Assembly (NCBI GenBank): GCA_020184695.1
Contig: JAANOX010000118.1
Coordinates: forward strand, 1-17,768
DNA: 17,768 nt
Source: Histomonas meleagridis 2922-C6/04-290x
Taxonomy: Eukaryota; Protista; Parabasalia
Reading direction: 5' to 3'
Position 1 is the first letter of the stretch; each line of letters opens with the position of its first letter. The translations under genes were made by a program, and so were the position numbers. The notes below the pieces were generated by a model that was given only the letters and a program-made list of their open reading frames with translations, made no database searches and had not been told where the DNA came from. This document shows, in pieces, positions 9,968-17,768 of the stretch.

Positions 9968-12493
9968 ATGGTTAACTTCACGATCGAACAACTTCGTGCA
10001 GTTATGGACAAGAAGAGGAACATCCGTAACATGTCCGTTATCGCCCACGTTGATCACGGTAAATCAACACTTACCGATTCTCTTATCTCCCGTGCAGGTA
10101 TTATTTCTAACGATGCAGCAGGTGAAATGCGTTACACAGATACACGTGTTGATGAACAAGAACGTGGTATCACAATCAAATCCACAGGTGTTTCTCTTTA
10201 CTACACAATGCCAGATGATGAAGTTCCAGCAGATTCTGAAGGCAATGGTTTCTTAATCAACCTTATCGATTCTCCGGGACACATCGATTTCTCCGCTGAA
10301 GTTACAGCAGCTCTTCGTGTTACAGATGGTGCACTTGTTGTTGTCGATTGTATCGAAGGTGTTTGCGTACAAACAGAAACTGTTTTACGTCAAGCCCTTT
10401 CTGAGCGTATCAAACCAGTCGTTATTGTTAACAAGATTGATCGTTGCCTTTTAGAATTAAACTCTGACCCAGAAGAAATGTACCAAACATTCTCCAAATC
10501 CGTTGATAATGTCAACGTTATCATTGCCACATACACAGATGAAGAAGGTCCAATGGGTAATCTCACAGTTTCACCAGCCAAGGGTACAGTTTGCTTCGGC
10601 TCTGGTCTCCACGGTTTTGGCTTCACACTTACCAAATTCGCCAAGATGTATTCCGCCAAATTCGGTGTTCAACAATCCAAATTCATGCCACAACTTTGGG
10701 GTGAACGTTACTGGGATGCATCATCGAAGAAATTCCTCCACAAGTGCACAAACGATAAAGGCCAAATGCTCGAACGTACCTTCTGCCAATTTGTTCTTAA
10801 GCCAATAGTCACATTATCACGTGCTATCATGGCCGGAGAGAAGGCTAAGTACATGGAAATGTTCAAGAAGCTCGGCATCAAGCTTAGGGAAGATGAAGAA
10901 TCAATGGAAGGCCGTGAACTCCTTTCTGCTGTCTACCGCCGTTGGTTACCAGCTGCTGAAGCACTTCTCGAAATGATTGTCCTTCACTTACCATCACCAG
11001 CAGTTGCCCAAAAGTATCGTTGCGAAACACTTTACACAGGTCCAATGGACGATGAATGCGCCATTGCCATCCGTGACTGCGATCCAAACGGTCCATTAAT
11101 GCTCTACGTCTCCAAGATGGTTCCAACAACAGAACGTGGACGTTTCTATGCATTCGGACGTGTCTTCTCAGGTACAGTTGCAACAGGCCAACGTGTCCGT
11201 GTTATGGGCGCTAACTATGTTCCAGGCAGTAAAGAAGACTTACACGTCACAAACATCCAACGTACAATCCTTATGATGGGTCGTAAGGTCGAAAACATCC
11301 AAAACTGCCCATGCGGTAACACAATTTCATTAGTCGGTATTGATCAATACCTCGTCAAGTCCGGTACTATCACCACATCAGAAGTCGCATACCCACTCAA
11401 GGCTATGAAGTTCTCTGTCGCACCAGTCGTTCGTGTAGCCGTCGAAACTAAGGTAGCATCCGACTTACCAAAGCTTATCGAAGGTTTGAACCGTCTCGCC
11501 AAGTCTGACCCATGTATCCAAGTCTCCCATGAAGAAACAGGAGAACATATCATTGCAGGTGCAGGTGAATTACATCTTGAAATCTGTCTCAAGGATCTCG
11601 AAGAAGATTACGCAGGTGTTCCAATCAAGCGCTCTCCACCAGTCGTTTCATTCCGCGAAACAGTCACACAAACATCATCAGTTGTCTGCATGGCTAAGTC
11701 TGCAAACAAGCTCAACCGTGTCATGATGCAAGCGCAGCCATTAGGCGACGACTTGCTCAAGGCCGTCGAGTCCAACGAAATCACATCTCGTATGGATAAC
11801 AAGACACGCGCCAAGGAACTCGTCAACAAGTACGGATGGGAGCAAACAGACGCACGTCGTGTTTGGTCATTCGGCCCAGACACAACAGGTCCAAACTTAC
11901 TCGTCGATACCACCAAATCCGCCGAATACTTACAAGAAATTAAGGAGCACCTTGTCTCAGCCTTCCAAAACGCTACAAGAATCGGTGTCCTTTGCGAAGA
12001 GCCATTACGTGGTGTCCGTTTCAACGTCGTCGAAGTATATCTTCACTCTGATGCATCACACCGTAACGGAGGCCAAATTGTCCCATGCGGCCGTCGCGTC
12101 CTTTACGCCTCAGAGTACACAGCCGAGCCAACATTGATCGAGCCAGTCTACTTAGCAGAAATCACAGCACCATTGACCGTATGCGGTGGTGTTCACGGAG
12201 TTTTGTCAAAGCGTCGTGGAAAGGCATTCGACCAACAACAACGTGAAGGTACACCATTGATGGTCATCAAGGCTTATCTTCCTGTTATGGAATCATTCGG
12301 CTTCGATAAAGATCTCAGATCAGCTACATCAGGTCAGGCATTCCCACAAATGATCTTCGACCACTGGGAAAATCTCCAAGGTGACGCATTCGAAGATGGA
12401 AACCAACTCAGCGCTACAATTAAGGCTGTCCGTAAGAGGAAGGGTCTCTCTGAAAATATCCCATCACTCGACCACTACCTCGATAAACTTTAA
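9968..12493 (+). CDS. EEF2: Eukaryotic translation elongation factor 2
   Basis: 841-aa intact ORF with MVNFT...[20 protein letters not shown] (G1), [21 protein letters not shown] (G3), NKIDR (G4), domain [14 protein letters not shown] and a C-terminal RKRKGL...YLDKL. Codon bias is strong and typical of high expression (CGT, CCA, TTC, AAC, ATC). No introns. Confidence 0.99.
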   Translation: MVNFTIEQLRAVMDKKRNIRNMSVIAHVDHGKSTLTDSLISRAGIISNDAAGEMRYTDTRVDEQERGITIKSTGVSLYYTMPDDEVPADSEGNGFLINLIDSPGHIDFSAEVTAALRVTDGALVVVDCIEGVCVQTETVLRQALSERIKPVVIVNKIDRCLLELNSDPEEMYQTFSKSVDNVNVIIATYTDEEGPMGNLTVSPAKGTVCFGSGLHGFGFTLTKFAKMYSAKFGVQQSKFMPQLWGERYWDASSKKFLHKCTNDKGQMLERTFCQFVLKPIVTLSRAIMAGEKAKYMEMFKKLGIKLREDEESMEGRELLSAVYRRWLPAAEALLEMIVLHLPSPAVAQKYRCETLYTGPMDDECAIAIRDCDPNGPLMLYVSKMVPTTERGRFYAFGRVFSGTVATGQRVRVMGANYVPGSKEDLHVTNIQRTILMMGRKVENIQNCPCGNTISLVGIDQYLVKSGTITTSEVAYPLKAMKFSVAPVVRVAVETKVASDLPKLIEGLNRLAKSDPCIQVSHEETGEHIIAGAGELHLEICLKDLEEDYAGVPIKRSPPVVSFRETVTQTSSVVCMAKSANKLNRVMMQAQPLGDDLLKAVESNEITSRMDNKTRAKELVNKYGWEQTDARRVWSFGPDTTGPNLLVDTTKSAEYLQEIKEHLVSAFQNATRIGVLCEEPLRGVRFNVVEVYLHSDASHRNGGQIVPCGRRVLYASEYTAEPTLIEPVYLAEITAPLTVCGGVHGVLSKRRGKAFDQQQREGTPLMVIKAYLPVMESFGFDKDLRSATSGQAFPQMIFDHWENLQGDAFEDGNQLSATIKAVRKRKGLSENIPSLDHYLDKL

Positions 12494-12494
12494 A
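12491..12494 (+). promoter_or_regulatory. TAAA polyadenylation signal overlapping the EF-2 stop codon
   Basis: The stop TAA plus A gives UAAA, the trichomonad polyA signal, which often overlaps the stop. An AT-rich tract follows. Confidence 0.5.
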
Positions 12495-12878
12495 TTTAAA
12501 TTAATAAATAAAAGCCTTCCTGCAAATTTTTCAAATATTTAATAATAATATTGTTGCAATGAATTGTTTTTGTTATCTATTTCTATTTATTTTCAATCTA
12601 TTTCACAAATTATTACATAAATAAAATTTCATTTCAGATTTATCACTTTTTGCACTTTACCATAAATTGACCGGTGTTGAAAATAGTGACCGGGCATAAA
12701 ACGATGACATGCTTCAAATTTGAATTGATATATCGGTTCTTTTTCTTAAAACCGTTAAGAATTGAAATTGTTCCAACCTAATATGGACTTGGATTCAAAA
12801 TTTAAATTCAAATTTCATCGGTTTTGACATTTTAACCTCATGAGTTCATTCAAAAAGTGAAGAAAGTCAATTTTCCAA

Positions 12879-13808
12879 ATGAGACCAAAGGAAAATTGCT
12901 ACTGGGAAACACTTCTATCAATAAGCCAAGCAATTTTTGGTTTGAATGAAGTAAATTCCTCCAAATCTTTAGGTTTAATAATCGACAAATTTGATGAAAT
13001 CCATCCTTTATCTTACGATTTAATTATTATTCAAATGATATATTATTCCTTTGTGATTAAAAATAATAACGCAGATTTATTTTTGAATATTATAAAAGAA
13101 ATAAGAGCATTTGAAGAGAGTAATAAAATCAAATCCAATATATTTGATATATTTGGTCGATTTCTTATCAATAAGTATACAAATGAATCATCTTATCTTC
13201 TTGAATCGATGATTGAACATAATTTTCTTGAACCAAATATTGTAAAAAACAACCAGAGTGCTTATTTTGTACATTATATGTCTAAAGAAAAATTAGCAAT
13301 CTTTTTAAGGGAACATGATTTTGTAAATTATGAAGAACTATCAAAGAATGATTGGGAACTTCATAAGAAATATGTTAAAGAAGGACATAATCCGAAGGAA
13401 ATTGCAAAAATAATTCGAAATGATGAAATCGAAAAACTTCAAGAAATATCATCACAAACAAATTTTAATTTTAATCAAAAAATTGAACCATCACTTTATG
13501 AAAGATGTTCATTTATAAATAGAAATGTTACATTAATTGATTATGCAGCATTTTTTGGATCTGTTAAATGTTTTAAATATTTACTTATGAATGGTGCAAA
13601 TGTTAAAAATACAGGTAAATTTGCAGTTGCAGGTGGAAATGAAGAAATCATTCATTTATGTGAACAAAATCATTCGTCATTTAAATATGCATATGAAACA
13701 GCAATTGAATTTCATCGAAATGATATTTTTCATTTTCTTTATGAAAATAAAATTGAAGATATTAACAAATTAAAAAAAATTAGGAGAAAAATGTGTTTCA
13801 TATTTTAA
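12879..13808 (+). CDS. DUF3447-type ankyrin-associated protein, N-terminal part (309 aa as read; the homologous reading continues in the +1 frame)
   Basis: Motifs typical of trichomonad DUF3447/ankyrin proteins: IIRNDEIEKLQ, FNQKIEPSLYE, TLIDYAAFFGSVKCFKYLLMNGA, FAVAGGNEEIIHLCEQ, AIEFHRNDIFHFL. Removing one A from the A8 run at 13772-13779 gives ...KLKKLGEKCVSYFNYEIFTYLEKEGMKINEN, which fuses to ORF 13843. Confidence 0.85.
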   Translation: MRPKENCYWETLLSISQAIFGLNEVNSSKSLGLIIDKFDEIHPLSYDLIIIQMIYYSFVIKNNNADLFLNIIKEIRAFEESNKIKSNIFDIFGRFLINKYTNESSYLLESMIEHNFLEPNIVKNNQSAYFVHYMSKEKLAIFLREHDFVNYEELSKNDWELHKKYVKEGHNPKEIAKIIRNDEIEKLQEISSQTNFNFNQKIEPSLYERCSFINRNVTLIDYAAFFGSVKCFKYLLMNGANVKNTGKFAVAGGNEEIIHLCEQNHSSFKYAYETAIEFHRNDIFHFLYENKIEDINKLKKIRRKMCFIF

Positions 13809-14067
13809 TTATGAAATTTTTACATATTTAGAAAAAGAAGGAATGAAAATTAATGAAAATATCATTAATGAAGCAGCAAATATTGGAAATATTTTTTTAG
13901 TTGAATATTTTCTTAAAGAGCATTCAAATCCGCAAGATATATTGGTATTTTCATCAGGATCAGGAAACACGGAACTTGTCAAATATATTTTGGAGCAAGA
14001 AGGAATTGATATTAATGCTAAAAACTATGTTTATTATAATTATTTTATATTTCAAAATAATATTTAG
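13780..14067 (+). CDS. Continuation of the DUF3447 gene: first ankyrin repeats, ending at a TAG inside the first spacer
   Basis: LGEKCVSYFNYEIF...EAANIGNIFLVEYFL...SSGSGNTELVKYILEQEGIDINAKNY. The TAG at 14065-14067 is in frame with the next unit, TALMK, at 14089. Confidence 0.7.
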   Translation, partial: LGEKCVSYFNYEIFTYLEKEGMKINENIINEAANIGNIFLVEYFLKEHSNPQDILVFSSGSGNTELVKYILEQEGIDINAKNYVYYNYFIFQNNI

Positions 14068-15375
14068 AAATTATTTATATTATTTGAAACAGCACTTATG
14101 AAAGCATCTTCAAAAGGTCATACAGAAATAGTTCAATTACTTCTTGAACAAGAAGGAATTGATATTAATGCTAAAGATATTCATTTGTTTTATTTGAAAT
14201 TTATTTTAATAATTTGATATATCAAAATAATATTTGGAAATTATTTAAATAATTTAATACAGCACTTATTTGGGCATCTGAAAATGGTCATATAGAAATA
14301 ATTAAATTACTTCTTGAACAAGAAGGAATTGATATTAATGCTAAAAACTATGTTTATTATAATTATTTTATATTTCAAAAATAATATTTAGAAATTATTT
14401 ATATTATTTGAAACAGCACTTATGAAAGCATCTTCAAAAGGTCATACAGAAATAGTTCAATTACTTCTTGAACAAGAAGGAATTGATATTAATGCTAAAG
14501 ATATTTATTTGTTTTATTTGAAATTTATTTTAATAATTTTATGATATATCAAAATAATATTTGGAAATTATTTATATTTTTTAAAACAGCACTTATTTTG
14601 GCATCTTCAAATGGTCATACAGAAATAGTTCAATTACTTCTTGAACAAGAAGGAATTGATATTAATGTTAAGGATATTTATTTATTTTATTTGATATTTA
14701 TTTTGATAATTTTATATTTCAAAATAATATTTAGAAATTATTTATATTATTTGTAACAGCACTTATGATAGCATCTGGAAATGGTCATACAGAAATAGTT
14801 CAATTACTTCTTGAACAAGAAAGAATTGATATTAATACTAAAAATATTCATTTGTTTAATTTAAAATTTATTTTAATAATTTGGAAATTCAAAATAATAT
14901 TTAGAAATTATTTAAATAATTTAATACAGCACTTATTTGGGCATCTGAAAATGGTCATATAGAAATAATTAAATTACTTCTTGAACAAGAAGGAATTGAT
15001 ATTAATGCTAAAAACTATGTTTATTATAATTATTTTATATTTCAAAATAATATTTAGAAATTATTTATATTATTTGAAACAGCACTTATGAAAGCATCTT
15101 CAAAAGGTCATACAGAAATAGTTCAATTACTTCTTGAACAAGAAGGAATTGATATTAATGCTAAAGATATTTATTTGTTTTATTTGAAATTTATTTTAAT
15201 AATTTGATATATCAAAATAATATTTAGAAATTATTTATATTTTTTAAAACAGCACTTATTTTGGCATCTTCAAAAGGTCATACAGAAATAGTTCAATTAC
15301 TTCTTGAACAAGAAGGAATTGATATTAATGCTAAAGATATTCATTTGTTTAATTTAAAATTTATTTTAATAATTT
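14029..15375 (+). repeat. Tandem array of eight 93-nt ankyrin modules alternating with conserved 60-80 nt AT-rich spacers
   Basis: ACAGCACTT (TAL) starts at 14089, 14259, 14413, 14586, 14756, 14926, 15079 and 15249 (periods 170, 154, 173, 170, 170, 153, 170). Each module reads TALxxASxxGHxEIxxLLLEQExIDINxKD/Nx. The spacers are 60, 77, 61, 80, 77, 77, 60 and 77 nt, plus a partial spacer after 15341. Confidence 0.97.
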
Positions 15376-16196
15376 AATATATTATAATATAGGATTCAAT
15401 AGGACATGCTCGGATCGATTTTTCTAATAATTTCATAAATAGTTATATTTTTTAATAGCATATATTAGTTTATAATTAATTTTTTAGAAATGTATTTCTG
15501 TTTTATTTTAGAAAAAAATCAGTATATTTTAAGAGGAACCGTATTTCCAGGGCATAACGGTCGTCATAAACGGTCGCATCCTCCTTCAGCGTTAAAAGCC
15601 CGCCAAAATTGATATCACAAAACAATTGTTTGGGTCTTTTATATCATATACAGATAATCTCAAATTACAATGGATTAGTAATCGCGCTTGAAGAGTACTC
15701 TTCATAATTTAAATATAGGATATATTTCACTTATGGGTGCATTTTTATTCTTAACTATAACAGAAAGGATGAAACACTTCACAACAATGTTTTATATATG
15801 TTTAATCATAAATATAGAACAAGATCCAACAAATTATTTATGATATTCCACCGATTATTGCAGAAGAATATAGTACTGTTTATGAAATCATTCAAATGTG
15901 ATAATTTAACAAACAATTTTCCTCATTATTATGGATAATTTAACTCTGAAAGCTTTCCAATTTATTAATATTAATATTTTTTTCTATGTAATAATAATAA
16001 TTTTTATGTTTCTCAGAACATTCATATAATTTTTTTGTATGAAATTTGCATACGAATTTCATATAATATATATTGACATTTTTCTAATATAGATTCGAAT
16101 CGCTACATGAAAATGGGCAAATCTTTTTAATTGATTCATCTTTTATTGTTGTCTTTTTTTCATTAAATTCAGTGATGTTTCTCCCTTTCAAGTTAT

Positions 16197-16463
16197 TTAA
16201 AAAGTTAATGAAATTGGATGGTGTTTCATAGCATTCGTCATTTTTGGTGATGGATTTGTGAGTCCTAAACTTTCTAATTCGTGATTTATTTTGTCTGAAA
16301 TGCTTAATAGAGCATAAGAATCATAATGGTAGTCTTTTGAATTTCTTCTGATGGGATGCTCACTATTCTGTTGTTCATTTCTAAGTATTCGACAAATGCT
16401 TCCATGAGATACATTATTAATGTTTGGGTGGATGGTTACTTCTTCATTTAAATTGATAAACAT
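16197..16463 (-). CDS. Short hypothetical ORF (88 aa), possibly a gene fragment
   Basis: ATG-initiated ORF with visibly higher GC than its flanks. No recognisable motif. Confidence 0.25.
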   Translation of the reverse strand: MFINLNEEVTIHPNINNVSHGSICRILRNEQQNSEHPIRRNSKDYHYDSYALLSISDKINHELESLGLTNPSPKMTNAMKHHPISLTF

Positions 16464-17009
16464 CTTTTACTATTTTTATAAAATAACGTTCTAATTTTAT
16501 ATATATACAAGTAATGCCACTTTTTGGGCTTTGCTCAAGAAGTGTCTCCGCCATTCAACTAATATTTTTTATAAAATTATTATTGAGAAAATAAATTGAT
16601 TAAATTTTAATATTAATTAATGATATAATATACATGTCTATTTTATTAACTTTAAGGATACAATAATCAGAAAAATATTATATTTAATTTAAAAAACATT
16701 AATATATCAATCATAGATTACGCACAAAATCAAAAATAATGAAAACAAAATAACAGGAATGATTGAAGTTAATATCTGAAAAATAATTTGAATCAATATT
16801 CTATGAGCAGGAAGCAAAGGCTTGAATTTATAAATAATCAATTTTTATATTTTTTTTTCTCGTTTTAAATTCTGAATATAATATTACAATATATAATTAA
16901 ATAGCTATTTATATAATAAGTTCATTTATTAATTCCGAAAAATATTGTTTATTAAATAAGATATATTTGTTTCGTTTTGGCATTCAATCACTTTTTCTAT
17001 AAAACGGTT

Positions 17010-17237
17010 AAACCCATTTTATAATAGACATAAGTGACGTATCAAAATATATAAATAATTTACAAATATTATATTGAAATAAATTTTATAAGAAAACAAA
17101 CAAATATCTTTAGCATTAATTTCAACTCCTTAATGTTCAAGAAGTAATTGAACTATTTCTAGATTCCCATTATTAGATGCTTTCATAAGTGATGTGTCAA
17201 ATGTTTCGAATTATTTCCAAATATAATTCTGAAACAT
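17010..17237 (-). pseudogene. Third, diverged relic of the spacer-interrupted ankyrin array
   Basis: On the minus strand: a spacer hairpin (17201-17237), the unit TSLMKASNNGNLEIVQLLLEH*GVEINAKDI (17103-17195, 31 codons, one TAA), a 62-nt spacer (17041-17102) and a degenerate unit TSLMS... from 17040. Confidence 0.85.
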
Positions 17238-17716
17238 AACATTAATCACCCACTTTCGATCGTGATCTGTATTTTTAATAAGTCGAGTTTCTGTGAGATA
17301 TAATATAAATAATGTAAGAAGAAATGTTAAGCCATATATAGTAATTAAAATCAAAGTTTAATATAATTATTTTGTTATTAGATTAAAAAAATTATGTATC
17401 AATCAACGGGAAAATCATTGTACCTCTATATAATTGATACATCAATAGATTGATATATATAATAGGAACAAAATTATTATACTATTATAATTAGAATAAC
17501 CATTATTTGTATTATTATAAAAAAAATGATTTGTAGGGAAATTTTATAATATTCAAAATATCCAAATTTAACAAAAAAAAGAAAATTTTATTTAAGGGTC
17601 CATTCCACTAAATTGAATAGAAAACGATGAAGAAAGGAAAAAGTACGTAAGTAAATCATTTAATTCCAAGACGGTAATATCGTTTTCGATAGCGAAATCG
17701 AAAAAAGATGGGAAAA

Positions 17717-17757
17717 ACACACACACAGCGGGGCCTCCATTCCACACACACACAGCG
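17717..17757 (+). repeat. Direct repeat ACACACACACAGCG x2
   Basis: Identical 14-mers at 17717-17730 and 17744-17757 in a GC-richer patch at the window edge. Confidence 0.9.
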
Positions 17758-17768
17758 CTATGTGAGCT

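Noticed and set aside
9996-12137. Overlapping ORFs within EF-2 on both strands
   Set aside because: They are shadows of a GC-richer, codon-biased gene and have no motifs.
14029-14262. Ordinary GT-AG introns in the spacers (GT 14029 to AG 14092; GT 14187 to AG 14262)
   Set aside because: The lengths (64 and 76 nt) rejoin out of frame, the spacer at 14679-14755 has no 5' GT, and the GTAYGT and ACTAACACACAG motifs are absent.
13591-14962. Small ORFs 13591, 13901, 14541 and 14765 as independent genes
   Set aside because: They are alternative-frame reads or single module-plus-spacer fragments of the ankyrin locus.
14029-15375. CRISPR array
   Set aside because: Both alternating parts are homologous between units, one part encodes ankyrin, the context is eukaryotic and there are no cas genes.
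15689-15704. 16-bp perfect palindrome TGAAGAGTACTCTTCA
   Set aside because: A single occurrence with no context; a palindrome of this length is not unexpected in about 18 kb.
1-17768. Stop-codon reassignment explaining the many in-frame stops
   Set aside because: EF-2 (841 codons) and the 506-aa ORF have no internal stops and end in TAA. Stops in the relics replace different residues (W, E), and most lesions are frameshifts.

Overview
This is an AT-rich eukaryotic window, most likely from a parabasalid (Trichomonas/Tritrichomonas-like) protist. The evidence is the EF-2 sequence with an HRN motif, DUF3447-type ankyrin genes, Inr elements and TAAA stop/polyA signals. Two long genes are intact: translation elongation factor 2 (9968-12493) and a 506-aa protein with a chorein-N-like start (7567-9087). 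The first 7 kb holds only broken genes: a Rab GTPase pseudogene, a frameshifted DENN-domain gene, a pogo/DDE_1 transposase relic, an inverted DUF3447-ankyrin paralog and one unknown pseudogene. The standout feature is the ankyrin locus at 12879-15375. Eight 31-codon ankyrin modules are each preceded by a conserved 60-80 nt AT-rich spacer that breaks the reading frame at the same structural position. The spacers lack usable spliceosomal signals. Each carries a 7-bp-stem/8-nt-loop hairpin that ends 12 nt before coding resumes in 10 of 11 spacers, and a diverged copy at ~17.2 kb shows compensatory base changes in that stem. The same architecture occurs at three loci in the window. It may be an unrecognised intron, recoding or cassette system, but expression or processing cannot be shown from DNA alone. 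All domain calls are motif recognition by eye, with no database searches.
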